Shown: positions 48,303 through 60,805, numbered from the stretch's first letter. The stretch is DNA of 64,000 nucleotides from Candidatus Obscuribacteraceae bacterium (GCA_044229845.1 JBGASG010000003.1:384001-448000); one strand, 5' to 3'. Program-made: numbers and translations. Notes: generated by a model not told the origin, from the sequence alone.

Positions 48303-49603
48303 CTTCGCCACAGACCGCACCAGCGCAGCCGGAAACCAGCTTTCAATCCAACGAAGCCTTCGCCAGAGAGATGGACGCCAAAGATCAGTTGTCCAAATAC
48401 CGCTCTGAATTCTTGATACCACGCACCGAATCCGGTGCGGAGGCGATTTACTTCGCCGGCAACTCACTGGGGCTGCAACCGCGCAAGGCTAAAGAGTACA
48501 TCAACGAAGAACTCGATGACTGGGCGCGCCTGGGTGTGGAAGGGCACTGGGCAGCCAGGCATCCGTGGCTGCCGTATCACGAGTTTCTCACCGAGTCCAC
48601 TGCTCGCCTGGTCGGTGCGCAACCGCAGGAAGTGGTGGTGATGAACACGCTGACGGTCAATTTGCATTTGATGATGGTCAGTTTCTATCGTCCGACCAAA
48701 ACGCGACACAAAATACTGATCGAGGGCAACGCGTTTCCATCCGATCAATATGCAGTCAAGTCGCAGGCACGCTTTCACGGGCTGGACCCGGCGCAGTCGG
48801 TGCTCGAGCTGAAACCGCCGGCCGGCGAACAGACATTTCGTACAGAAGACATTCTTGAACTGATTGAAAAAGAAGGCGACCAGATTGCGCTGGTGCTTCT
48901 CGGAGACGTGAATTACCTCACCGGTCAAGCGTTCGATGTGCCGGCGATTACGAAAGCAGCTCATGCTAAGGGCTGTCAGGTCGGTCTCAATCTCGCTCAC
49001 GGCGCCGGCAATCTGCATCTTCACCTGCATGACTGGGATGTGGATTTCGCGGTCTGGTGCAGCTATAAATACTTGAACTGCGGTCCGGGCGGACTGTCCG
49101 GTTGTTTCGTGAACAGCCGCCATCTGGGGCTGGTCGATATACCTCGCTTTGAAGGCTGGTGGGGGCACGATAAGAAAACAAGATTTCAAATGGGTCCCGA
49201 TTTCCATCCGATTCCGACGGTGGAAGCGTGGCAGCTGAGCAATCCACCGATTTATCCACTCGCGGCCTTGCGGGCATCCATGGAACTTTTCGATGCCGCA
49301 ACGATGAAGGAATTGCGCGCCAAGAGCGTCGTCCTTACGTCATACCTGGCGTTCTTGCTGAAAAGCCTGCCCAATAATTTCTGCACCGTCGTCACGCCGG
49401 ACAACCCGGACGAACGGGGTTGCCAGCTCTCCGTACGGGTCAAAATCTCCCATCCCAAAGAATTGCAAACCAAGCTGGCGGCTGCCGGTGCGGTTTGCGA
49501 CTTCCGCGAACCGGACATCATCCGATGCGCGCCTGTACCGCTGTACAACACATTTCTAGATGCCTATCGTTTCACAAATGTTTTTTCTGAATTTGCAAAA
49601 TGA
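48299..49603 (+). CDS. kynU: Kynureninase
   Basis: GNSLGLQP, MNTLTVNLHLMM, AFPSD, WCSYKYLN, GWWGH, QLSNPP; ATGA overlaps at both ends. Confidence 0.96.
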   Translation: MTSPQTAPAQPETSFQSNEAFAREMDAKDQLSKYRSEFLIPRTESGAEAIYFAGNSLGLQPRKAKEYINEELDDWARLGVEGHWAARHPWLPYHEFLTESTARLVGAQPQEVVVMNTLTVNLHLMMVSFYRPTKTRHKILIEGNAFPSDQYAVKSQARFHGLDPAQSVLELKPPAGEQTFRTEDILELIEKEGDQIALVLLGDVNYLTGQAFDVPAITKAAHAKGCQVGLNLAHGAGNLHLHLHDWDVDFAVWCSYKYLNCGPGGLSGCFVNSRHLGLVDIPRFEGWWGHDKKTRFQMGPDFHPIPTVEAWQLSNPPIYPLAALRASMELFDAATMKELRAKSVVLTSYLAFLLKSLPNNFCTVVTPDNPDERGCQLSVRVKISHPKELQTKLAAAGAVCDFREPDIIRCAPVPLYNTFLDAYRFTNVFSEFAK

Positions 49604-51033
49604 CTGAAGTAAAACAAGAAGACCGAATCGTTATCGTCGGGGGTGGACTGGTGGGATCGCTTCTGGCGATGTTTCTCGCTCGCCGCAACCTTAAGAGCCT
49701 GGTGCTTGAGAAACGCCCCGACATGCGCAAAGAGAAGGTAGCCGCCGGTCGCTCGATCAACCTCGCCATCTCCACCCGCGGCATTCGCGCGCTCAAAGAT
49801 GTCGGACTGGACGACGATATTCTGGCGCAAGCAGTGCCGATGCGCGGACGCATGATTCATCCCATCAAGGGAGAACTGGCGTATCAGCCATACGGCAAGG
49901 ACGATTCCGAGTACATAAACTCCATTTCCCGCGCCGACCTCAACAAGTCTTTGATGACGTTCGCGGAAGAAACGGGACTGGTCGAGTTTCGGTTCAGTCA
50001 GCGCGTCGACGGTATGGATTTCGACAAAGGGCTGCTGAAAGTTCACGACGATCGAGTCGGCGCCGATTGTCACCTGGTATCGCCACTGGTGCTGGGTACG
50101 GACGGATCGGCATCGGCGATTCGCAACGACATGGAGAAGCGGTCGGGTTTCGTCAACCAGGGCTGGCTGCTCGAATACGGCTATAAAGAGCTGGTGATTC
50201 TGCCTGGTCCGGGCGGTTCCTATAAGATGGAAAAGAACGCGCTGCACATCTGGCCGCGGACCACTTATATGTTGATTGCGCTGCCTAATTTCGAGGGCAG
50301 TTATACGTGCACATTGTTCCTTGCCTACAAAGGCGATCCCAGTTTTGAAAAGTTGAGCACGCCGAAACTGGCTCGGGAATTCTTCGAAGAACAATTTCCC
50401 GATGCGCTGGCACTGATGCACGACTTTGAAGAAACATGGGCAGCCAATCCGGTCGGCGAAATGTGGACGGTGAAAAGTGCGCCCTGGTATGTGGGCGGCA
50501 AGGCGCTGATTCTGGGCGATGCGGCACACGGCATCGTGCCGTTCTTCGGGCAAGGCATGAACTGCGGCTTTGAAGATTGTACGGTTTTCGCGCGTTGTCT
50601 GGATGAGCACATCCAGGGCAACGCCAGCCCCGATGTGGCAACCGTCCCCTGGGAGCAAATCTTCGATAAATTCTTCCATCTGCGCAAGCAAAATACCGAC
50701 GCCATTGCCGACATGGCCGTCGAGAATTTTGTCGAAATGCGCGACAAAGTCGGGCAGCCACGTTTCCTGCTGGAGAAGAGCGTCGAAAAAGTTTTGCAGC
50801 GCGAATTCCCAGGACAATACATCAGCCGCTACGCGCTCGTCACGTTCAGTTCGGTTCCTTATAAACTGGCTCTGGATGTAGGCGCCATCGAGCAAGAGAT
50901 CATGAATGAGTTGTGCGACGGCATCGAGCATGCCGATCAGGTCGACCTGGTTAAAGCCAAAGCTCTGATCGACACGCGTCTTGCCCACATGTTGACCCCG
51001 TATTTGAAAGAACTGACGTCGGCGTCGCGATAA
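49600..51033 (+). CDS. kmo: Kynurenine 3-monooxygenase
   Basis: GRSINLAIS.RG, YKEL, LHIWPR, GDAAH.IVPFFGQGMNCGFED, NFVEMRD. Confidence 0.95.
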   Translation: MTEVKQEDRIVIVGGGLVGSLLAMFLARRNLKSLVLEKRPDMRKEKVAAGRSINLAISTRGIRALKDVGLDDDILAQAVPMRGRMIHPIKGELAYQPYGKDDSEYINSISRADLNKSLMTFAEETGLVEFRFSQRVDGMDFDKGLLKVHDDRVGADCHLVSPLVLGTDGSASAIRNDMEKRSGFVNQGWLLEYGYKELVILPGPGGSYKMEKNALHIWPRTTYMLIALPNFEGSYTCTLFLAYKGDPSFEKLSTPKLAREFFEEQFPDALALMHDFEETWAANPVGEMWTVKSAPWYVGGKALILGDAAHGIVPFFGQGMNCGFEDCTVFARCLDEHIQGNASPDVATVPWEQIFDKFFHLRKQNTDAIADMAVENFVEMRDKVGQPRFLLEKSVEKVLQREFPGQYISRYALVTFSSVPYKLALDVGAIEQEIMNELCDGIEHADQVDLVKAKALIDTRLAHMLTPYLKELTSASR

Positions 51034-51045
51034 GGAACATTGACT

Positions 51046-51747
51046 ATGAGTTCTGCAGAACTGACAGATTCCATGGCATCCACCTTGTCTGGAAACAAGC
51101 TGCGCATCATCGATATTTCCCAGCCGGTCACGTCCACCTCGGCATGTTTTCCCGGCGATGTGCCGTTCAGCAAACATATGACTCTCACATACGCCGATTC
51201 CCAGATCATCAACTTAACGGCGCTGACCATGAGCCCGCACGTCGGAACCCACGCTGATGCCCCATCGCACATCGGCGGCGACATGGACGCCCTTGATGCC
51301 ATGGCCGGTGCCATGCCGCTGGCACCATACATCGGCGAATGTTTCGTTATCGATGCCGCCCCTTTCAAGAAAGGCTTGCCGTCGGTGCTCCTCGAAGAGA
51401 AACTCACTGACATGCAACGCATTCCGGAGCGCATCTTGTTTCGCACGCAGATCGTCATCAACTACGATGTTTTCGAAGACGAGTATGCCTACTTCACAGT
51501 CAAACTCGTAGAGAAAGCGAAACAATTCGGCATCAGGCTACTCGGCATCGACACCCCATCAGTGGATCAAACGACATCGAAGACCCTGGAGACGCACCAC
51601 GCGCTGGAAGCCGGCGGCATGAGCTGGCTGGAGAATCTGGACCTGACGCGTGTTGCCGAAGGCCGCTATTTCCTGGTGGCACTGCCGCTCAAGTTTATGG
51701 AACTGGAGGCATCACCGGTGCGAGCCGTGCTGTTGGGAACTCCCTGA
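51046..51747 (+). CDS. kynB: Kynurenine formamidase (cyclase family)
   Basis: HVGTHADAP.H, GIDTPSVD, ENL, ASPVRAVL; operon context. Confidence 0.9.
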   Translation: MSSAELTDSMASTLSGNKLRIIDISQPVTSTSACFPGDVPFSKHMTLTYADSQIINLTALTMSPHVGTHADAPSHIGGDMDALDAMAGAMPLAPYIGECFVIDAAPFKKGLPSVLLEEKLTDMQRIPERILFRTQIVINYDVFEDEYAYFTVKLVEKAKQFGIRLLGIDTPSVDQTTSKTLETHHALEAGGMSWLENLDLTRVAEGRYFLVALPLKFMELEASPVRAVLLGTP

Positions 51748-52532
51748 TGTACAACAACAAACAGTGTGCGGTGATCGGCTGCGTGCACGTGCTGCCGCTG
51801 CCCGGGTCAGCCTCATATGGAGGCGACATGCAGGAGATCGTGCGCCTGGCGGTGAGCGATGCGCTTCTCTACGAACAGAACGGCATCGACGCGCTGATTA
51901 TCGAGAACATGCACGACACGCCTTATCTTAAAGGGCACGTCGAACCGGAAACAACCGCCGCCATGACGATGGTGGCGCAGGCAGTCAGAAGTGCCACCAC
52001 GGTTTCGCTCGGCATACAAATTCTGGCGGGCGCCAATCTGGAGGCGTTGGGTGTGGCGGTTGCCGCCGGACTCGACTTCATTCGCGTGGAAGGTTTTGTA
52101 TTTGCCCACGTAGCCGATGAGGGGCTGATACAGGCATCTGCGGCCAGCCTGATTCGCCGCCGAGCCCAGCTGCACGCAGAGCCGATAAAGATATTTGCGG
52201 ACATTAAGAAGAAACACTCCGCGCACGCCATTACAGGCGATGTCAGCCTGGTAGAAACTGCACACGCCGCCGAGTTCTTCAAAGCTGACGGTGTGATTGT
52301 AACCGGCAGCGCCACCGGTTACGCCCCTGATGCTGCGGAAGTGCGAGCGGTCAGGGCTGCCACCACCGGCAGTGTGCTGGTCGGCTCCGGAGTCAGCGCC
52401 GATAACATCGACTCATTCCGCTCTCACTGTCAGGGACTGATCGTCGGATCGTCGCTGAAGAAAGACGGAAAATGGTACAACCACGTCGACGCCGCGCGCG
52501 TGAAAGGCTTGATGGAGCGAGTACGAGTCTAG
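51747..52532 (+). CDS. btpA: BtpA/SgcQ family TIM-barrel protein
   Basis: VH..PLPG, IENMHD.PY, FADIKKKHS, VIVTG..TG, VGSG, IVGSSLK. Confidence 0.9.
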   Translation: MYNNKQCAVIGCVHVLPLPGSASYGGDMQEIVRLAVSDALLYEQNGIDALIIENMHDTPYLKGHVEPETTAAMTMVAQAVRSATTVSLGIQILAGANLEALGVAVAAGLDFIRVEGFVFAHVADEGLIQASAASLIRRRAQLHAEPIKIFADIKKKHSAHAITGDVSLVETAHAAEFFKADGVIVTGSATGYAPDAAEVRAVRAATTGSVLVGSGVSADNIDSFRSHCQGLIVGSSLKKDGKWYNHVDAARVKGLMERVRV

Positions 52533-52545
52533 TCGTTAGTTGCGC

Positions 52546-54087
52546 CTAGTCGTTCTTTTCGCTCTGAAAACGAGAGTGTTCTTTCCACAGTCCAGCCCAT
52601 TGATCGTTCTGTTTCTTGGGCGGAGCCGGTGTATGTTTCTTGGCCGAATTCACTGCAGCCAGCGACTTCGGCGGCACACGTTTGGGATGAACTACTTTGA
52701 TGGGAGTGGTGACAGTCACCTGCGCGCCGTTCTTCGGTGACACCGGTATAGTCGTAGTTAACGGCTTTTCAGTGCCGTTGGGCGTGGCATTTTTATCCGG
52801 TGTCTCGGCGGTAGGAGTGGTGGCGTCTGTAGTGCCGGGAGTGGTAGTAAATGTGGTGCCTGGGGACTGATGATTGGGTGTCGCTCCCGGCAAGGGTTGA
52901 GCGTCATTCTGATTGGGCGATGCGCTTTGCGCCGGCATCTTCATCTGCGGGCGACTGAGCGTCATCAAAAACAGACCGCCACCGATGACGGCTGCCGCAA
53001 TACCAGCTACCAGTCCCAGCATCATCATCTCTTTGCGCTGCTTTTCCTTGTCCTTGAGCATGCTTGGATCGGCAGGAATGGCGGCGCGCAAGAAGCCGCG
53101 ATCAGGTCGCGGTATCGCCATACGCAAGTCATTGGCCAGTTCGGACATCGTTTGCGGGCGCTGTTCAGGATCTTTGGATAGTGCCTTCAGAACTACAGCT
53201 TCGACCCGTTCTGGAATAAAGAGATCGGGACGCATTTCAGTAAATCGTTTGGGAGTTTCCTGTACATGCATCTGCATGGTTTCCACCATGTTTTTGCCGA
53301 GGAAAGGCAGTTTGCCGGTGAGCGTCTCATAGATCAAAACGCCCATCGAATAGATGTCGGAACGCGCGTCAAGCTCTTTGCCCAGACATTGTTCGGGGCT
53401 CATGTATACCGGACTGCCGCAAACTTCGCCGGCCTGCGTCAAGCTCTGCGCTTCCTGCGAGACTCCAGGTTGCATGACTTTGGCGACACCGAAGTCGACT
53501 ACTTTCACATAATCGACTTCGTCCTCGGCCGTAATCAACATGATGTTGGCCGGTTTCAAGTCGCGGTGGATGACACCATTTTTGTGAGCATGGTCCAGCG
53601 CATCGCAAGATTGGACGAGAATATTGATGGCGCGGTCGACTCCGACGTGGCCGTTTTCTTTGATCACCTGAGACAGAGCATGCCCGCGCAGGTAGTCCAT
53701 GACCATGAACGGCTGTCCGGTGTTGGTAAAACCGTGGTCATACATAGTGATAATGTGCGGGTGATTGAGCTTGCTGGCAGCTTGCGCTTCGCGAGTGAAG
53801 CGTTTGACGCTCATGCTGTCGGTCACCAGTGCGGCGCGCAGCATTTTGATCGCCACCTGTTTGTCCATCAGCTCGTGGTAGGCGAGGTAGACGACACCCA
53901 TGCCGCCCGTGCCGATGATTTCGCGAATTTGATAGTTATTGAGTTTGCGACCGACCCAGGGATCCGATGGCAGTGGCACGAGCATATTGCCGTCGTGCGG
54001 ACACACGCCGATGCCGCCTGGGAACTCTTCGCTACAGGCCATGCAAATTTTTCGGACTATGGTCCCTATCTGGTCGTCGTATGGCAC
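52546..54087 (-). CDS. Hanks-type Ser/Thr kinase with N-terminal Cys cluster, TM and Pro/Thr-rich tail
   Basis: CMAC...CPHDG, GTGGMG, VAIK, HRDLKPAN, DFG, YMSPE. Confidence 0.94.
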   Translation of the reverse strand: MPYDDQIGTIVRKICMACSEEFPGGIGVCPHDGNMLVPLPSDPWVGRKLNNYQIREIIGTGGMGVVYLAYHELMDKQVAIKMLRAALVTDSMSVKRFTREAQAASKLNHPHIITMYDHGFTNTGQPFMVMDYLRGHALSQVIKENGHVGVDRAINILVQSCDALDHAHKNGVIHRDLKPANIMLITAEDEVDYVKVVDFGVAKVMQPGVSQEAQSLTQAGEVCGSPVYMSPEQCLGKELDARSDIYSMGVLIYETLTGKLPFLGKNMVETMQMHVQETPKRFTEMRPDLFIPERVEAVVLKALSKDPEQRPQTMSELANDLRMAIPRPDRGFLRAAIPADPSMLKDKEKQRKEMMMLGLVAGIAAAVIGGGLFLMTLSRPQMKMPAQSASPNQNDAQPLPGATPNHQSPGTTFTTTPGTTDATTPTAETPDKNATPNGTEKPLTTTIPVSPKNGAQVTVTTPIKVVHPKRVPPKSLAAVNSAKKHTPAPPKKQNDQWAGLWKEHSRFQSEKND

Positions 54088-54171
54088 TGAATGCGCACCC
54101 GGCGGGTCTCTAGTAACATAAACCGTTTTTAATGTACCCGGTTATCTTATCTAATAATCATGAGATCTAGC

Positions 54172-55494
54172 TTATTGAGCACATTTACTTTGATCAGACG
54201 CTGCCAGTTGTCCGGAGGAAACGGCTAAAACCGTGGCCCCATCGAGCCAAAACGGGTCGAAGTCCGATATGTGCGTGGTGGTGATAATAGACTGCATTTC
54301 TTTCCCGACCGCGGACATCAGCAGACCTTGCCGGAAAGTGTCCAACTCAGCCAGAACGTCGTCGAGGAGCAACACCGGCGCTTCGTCATAGGCTTCTCTC
54401 ACGCAGCCCAGTTCGGACAGCTTCAGAGCCAGCACCAGGCTGCGCTGCTGCCCCTGGCTGGCATAAGATGCAGCTTCGGCGTCATTGATCGCGAACGAAA
54501 TGTCGTCGCGATGCGGCCCGACAGTCGTCTGCTTGCGTCGGATCTCCAGGTGCCGCCTTTCCTTCAATAGCTTGAGGAGAAACCGCGCTATATCGGGCAG
54601 TTCGGCCTGCTGGACGTCCAGCCCGGCGGTGCAGGACGACTCACACCCTGAAGAGGCACTTTGCCCGGCTGATGAGTCACCAGCCCCCTGTGGCGCCACA
54701 TCCTCATCATCGTCGTCAAATTCAGAAGTATTTCGCGTGTTCGAGTTATCGGTCGAACGAAATATGTAGCCGGCGCTCAGCGTTTCTGTGCCGCGCGACA
54801 AGGTCCGCTGGTGCTCGGCGGCAACCGGCATAACGGCTGATAACAGATCGACCCTTTGCTTGATGATGCCGGCACCGAAGCGGGCCAACTGCTTATCCCA
54901 AACCAGAAGTTCGTCTTGGTCGGTGACCGTCACCTTGCCCTTCTCGAAGATGGTCTTGAGCAGTTTGTTTCTCTGAGCAAGAGTTTTGGCGTAATTCGCG
55001 TAGGTATCATGGAGGGCAGGGCGCAGCCGCATGGCAATTGAGTCTATCCAGTCGCGCCGATACTTAGGTCCGCCACGCAGAAGATTCAAATCGGTGGTCT
55101 TGAAGCTGACCGTAATCAAGGCGGTCGAGAGTGGACGCGCGTTGGGCTGAGTCACACCGTTCATTTTGACGGTCCGCTTCAGTCGCCCGCCTTTACTTCC
55201 GCCGGCGGTTCTGCCCTGCGGAACAGCTTTCGCCAACTCCAGTTCCAGGCTGTGATCGCCGTGCCTGGATACGACGTCCACGCGCACGCTCAAAGACGGC
55301 TTCCCCCAGAGGATCATTTCAGCGTCATTGTCAGCGCGAGTCGATTTGCCCAGTGAAATCAGTTCCATCGCTTCCAAGAAGTTGCTCTTTCCCTGGGCGT
55401 TTTCGCCGATGAGAATAGTTTTGCCCGCGGAAAGATCGATCTCGCAACTTTCGTAATTGCGAAAATTTTTCAGACTCACTTTGCGAACTCTCAC
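54172..55494 (-). CDS. recF: DNA replication and repair protein RecF
   Basis: NFRNY, GENAQGKSN, GPHRDD, SQGQQR, LLLDDV. Confidence 0.95.
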   Translation of the reverse strand: MRVRKVSLKNFRNYESCEIDLSAGKTILIGENAQGKSNFLEAMELISLGKSTRADNDAEMILWGKPSLSVRVDVVSRHGDHSLELELAKAVPQGRTAGGSKGGRLKRTVKMNGVTQPNARPLSTALITVSFKTTDLNLLRGGPKYRRDWIDSIAMRLRPALHDTYANYAKTLAQRNKLLKTIFEKGKVTVTDQDELLVWDKQLARFGAGIIKQRVDLLSAVMPVAAEHQRTLSRGTETLSAGYIFRSTDNSNTRNTSEFDDDDEDVAPQGAGDSSAGQSASSGCESSCTAGLDVQQAELPDIARFLLKLLKERRHLEIRRKQTTVGPHRDDISFAINDAEAASYASQGQQRSLVLALKLSELGCVREAYDEAPVLLLDDVLAELDTFRQGLLMSAVGKEMQSIITTTHISDFDPFWLDGATVLAVSSGQLAASDQSKCAQ

Positions 55495-56462
55495 GCCGGC
55501 AGCCCATTCAGGGTGGATGCGCGCGTCGACACCGGATTGGCGCTCATGTAATTCCTGGCGTTTTGCGCGTCTTGCTGAATCTGTCCGCGAAGCTCATCAA
55601 CACCTGAGAACCTCTGTTCCGGACGCAGATACTTCCAGAGCTCAACTTGCAGAACTTGCTCGTAAATGTCTTGCGCGAAGTCGAAGATATGCACTTCTGT
55701 CACCGGTCGCGACTCGCTTTCGAAGGTCGGCCGCACACCTATATTGATGACGCAATCGTGTTTAGTTCCGTCTTGCAAAATGGCTCGACCCGCATAAACA
55801 CCCAGTGCAGGCATGACAAGCTCCGGGACCACCGCCAGATTTGCGGTCGGAAATCCGATCGTGCGGCCGCGCCCTTCTCCTTTTATGACACGTCCCATCA
55901 CCGAATAGGGACGCCGCAACAACTCCATGGACAGCTCGGTCTGTCCCGAAAGCAGAGCCTCGCGAATGCGCGAACTCGAGACCTCCGAGCCGCCGATGAT
56001 CACTTCCTCCGCGACATGTACCGTGTAGTCGAACTTGCTCGCTCCCAGCTCGGCAAGCAATTGCGGAGTGCCTATACGATTGCGTCCGAATCGATGATTG
56101 AAGCCAACAGAAAGCGACTTGGCGCCCATCGCCTCCACCAATACCGTGCGCACGTAATCTTCCGGGTCGAGGCGGCACAGCTCTTCCGTGAAGGAAAGAA
56201 CCAGCGCTGCCTGCACTCCAAAATGCGCGAAAAGCTCCAATCTTTGTGACAGCGTTGTCAGCAACGGTGGCGACTTCCCGAGCGTCAGTGCCCGCGGATG
56301 CTCTTTAAAGGTAATGACTGCGGGTATGGCACTCAGCCGCTCCGCTTCTTCCACCGCTTTGCGAATGACAACCTGATGCCCCGGGTGCACGCCGTCGAAA
56401 AAGCCCAGCGCAAGGGCTGACTTATCAAGCAATCCAGGTTTGATTTCGTAAAATGTGTCCAA
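55491..56462 (-). CDS. ribF: Riboflavin kinase / FAD synthetase
   Basis: GFFDGVH.GH, SSSRIR, GRTIGFPTAN, NIGVRPT, E.HIFDF; TTG start at 56462 is my choice. Confidence 0.94.
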   Translation of the reverse strand: MDTFYEIKPGLLDKSALALGFFDGVHPGHQVVIRKAVEEAERLSAIPAVITFKEHPRALTLGKSPPLLTTLSQRLELFAHFGVQAALVLSFTEELCRLDPEDYVRTVLVEAMGAKSLSVGFNHRFGRNRIGTPQLLAELGASKFDYTVHVAEEVIIGGSEVSSSRIREALLSGQTELSMELLRRPYSVMGRVIKGEGRGRTIGFPTANLAVVPELVMPALGVYAGRAILQDGTKHDCVINIGVRPTFESESRPVTEVHIFDFAQDIYEQVLQVELWKYLRPEQRFSGVDELRGQIQQDAQNARNYMSANPVSTRASTLNGLPA

Positions 56463-56716
56463 AAATGGCCTGCTGGCGATTTGTCGCAACGCGGAACCCG
56501 GTGACAATTTTACACTGAAAGCCCTGCCGCGCCCTTCCACGTATTCAACCGCAAAGCGGTATGAACTGTTACGCAGAATCTTTGTGTGAGACGCTAAAAA
56601 GGCGCATCGTAAGCTGATCATGTTAAAATGCAGAGGTGGTTTTCGGACACGAAAGTGACTCTTTCGATACCCCTGAAACGCTCATCCGATACGCGTTCGG
56701 GGATATCTCTTGGTGA

Positions 56717-58795
<2,079 letters not shown>

Positions 58796-58805
58796 GGGTT
58801 CGTCT

Positions 58806-60740
58806 TTATCGCTGAGGTTTCCGTTTAAGGAGTCCACCTGGTGTGGTTACTTCCTTAGTGGTGCGTGCAAGTATGGACTGCAGGCTCTCATCCGGGTGAA
58901 TCTCCGGAATCATGTGCAGTTGCCGGCTGATCATAAGACGCAGCAGTGTACCTAATTGACGCTTCAAGCCATCGGGGTGATGTTCCAAGCCTCGCAAGGT
59001 GACATGTTCGCGGTCGCCCCCTTTGCGCTCTTCCAGAAGACAGGCTTCAGCCGTTTCATACAGCTTCGGATCGAGGTTCAGATTCTTGATCAGGAAATGA
59101 ATCAACCACGCGGAGAAGTTATCAACGTACGGCGCATAATCTGATGCTTTTCGCTTGGGATGCTGAAATCCTGGATGTCCCAACTCCGGACTGCCCAATC
59201 TCGAAAGCTCCGGCAAGAACATGCTGTCGTAATCGATAATCTTGAGGTCGTGATTGGACACCATCAGATTGCCGAATTCCAGGTCACCATGCGCGATACC
59301 AGCGGAGCGCAGCGTGCGAGCCATGAGCATAAACTGATCAGCCAGATAGCTTACCAGTCCATCCGATCTGACTCGATCGGACAACTCGTTGATCGCCCGA
59401 CCGTCAATCCAGCTCATCTTGAGGAGCGGATACCACTGCCCCTCTACGCTGATGCCGCGCGGAAGATACTCGAAGTCCACCATAAATTCGCGAATTGGGC
59501 CTTGCAGCGAACGCGACAATGCCTCGTATCTTTCTCTGCGATTGGGCACGTCGCTCATAAAACACTTCACTGCCACATGCCGGTTGGGGCAGCGAAAATG
59601 GTAAACGCGTCCCATGGTGCCGACGCGGGTATCTTCCAGTATGCACGATCCTTGTTTTAGCTCGGCGTCTTGAAAGTTTGCCTCAGGCGATTTCACGGCC
59701 TCGTTGAATTGTCTGAACCCTGGATAAGCAGGAGCGCCGACAGACGCAGACTGCGGGCCGGCTTGAGTGGACTGCGTTGTCTGAGCGGACTGTTCCTTTT
59801 GACTGAGCCAGCGCGGGGTGACGATGGTGCTGCGGATGGGTTGCAGACCCACCTGCTGCTGCGTCCAATCGAACAGGCTGGGCACCTTATCTGGTGGCAG
59901 GTCGCAAAGTTCTCGTAATTTTCGCGCCGCTGAACGAATTTCGGCAGAACTATGCGCTTCCAGCAATGCGAACGTATAGGATGCCGTGGGATTACCAAAA
60001 TCGAAACTGCGAAAAAGCAAACACTCATCGCCGGCGCCCAGTTTCTGCCAGAGCGTGCCGTCCAGCTGAAGACAGTGCAGTGATGTGTAAATCACCCACG
60101 ACGAGAAATTGTCAAGGCCCGGACCGAAGTGCGATTGGCTGCGCGCCGGGTGCTGGTAATTGGGATGACCCAACTCGATGCTGCTGAAGCCTGCCAGTGC
60201 CGGTACGAATGAGCCGTCGTAATCGAGCAGTCGCAGTCCTTGTTTCGTCACAAAGATGTTGCCGTGGTGCAAATCACCATGAGCCATGCCGTTGGTTTGC
60301 AGACGCTGGCACATCTGCCTGAACATACGGGCAACATCAGCCACCGTGCCGAAATCATTCGTATTGCGATGGATGTACCAATCAATTGGATAACCATCGA
60401 CCCAATCCATTTTGACGATCGGAAACCACTCACCCTCGACCTTGATACCTCTGTCGAGATACTTGAAGCCGATCGTATTCTCCATGCAAAACTGCGCCAG
60501 GTGCTTTTGAATCTCAGCGTAGCGATGCGCCTGGTCCGAGTTATTGCGCAAGAAACATTTGATTGCCCAACTCTTGAGCGGTCCCTTCACCCGATAGATG
60601 CAGGCGAAGTTACCGGTAATCGTCTCGGGGATGCCCGCCGAGATATGCCGGTCGGCCGAGCCCGATGCCAGTTCCGGATCATCGAAATTGTCCGGCAAGA
60701 GCACTGCTCGCGAATATTCGTTCGGGCCTGGCCAGGGCAT
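58806..60740 (-). CDS. Protein with two tandem atypical protein-kinase-like domains
   Basis: Two copies of A[IV]KCF...W[FY]P..KM.W[VI]DG...HGDL..GN...DYD...ELGHP.[YF]QHP...DNFS. Confidence 0.85.
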   Translation of the reverse strand: MPWPGPNEYSRAVLLPDNFDDPELASGSADRHISAGIPETITGNFACIYRVKGPLKSWAIKCFLRNNSDQAHRYAEIQKHLAQFCMENTIGFKYLDRGIKVEGEWFPIVKMDWVDGYPIDWYIHRNTNDFGTVADVARMFRQMCQRLQTNGMAHGDLHHGNIFVTKQGLRLLDYDGSFVPALAGFSSIELGHPNYQHPARSQSHFGPGLDNFSSWVIYTSLHCLQLDGTLWQKLGAGDECLLFRSFDFGNPTASYTFALLEAHSSAEIRSAARKLRELCDLPPDKVPSLFDWTQQQVGLQPIRSTIVTPRWLSQKEQSAQTTQSTQAGPQSASVGAPAYPGFRQFNEAVKSPEANFQDAELKQGSCILEDTRVGTMGRVYHFRCPNRHVAVKCFMSDVPNRRERYEALSRSLQGPIREFMVDFEYLPRGISVEGQWYPLLKMSWIDGRAINELSDRVRSDGLVSYLADQFMLMARTLRSAGIAHGDLEFGNLMVSNHDLKIIDYDSMFLPELSRLGSPELGHPGFQHPKRKASDYAPYVDNFSAWLIHFLIKNLNLDPKLYETAEACLLEERKGGDREHVTLRGLEHHPDGLKRQLGTLLRLMISRQLHMIPEIHPDESLQSILARTTKEVTTPGGLLKRKPQR

Positions 60741-60805
60741 AGAGGAGTTCCAACTGGTGGATTAAATATACCCGCTACGGCTTGCAAATCAGCCTCCGGT
60801 CGACA

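Noticed and set aside
49564..51177. 537-aa minus-strand ORF
   Set aside because: Antisense shadow of kmo, expected in GC-rich coding DNA
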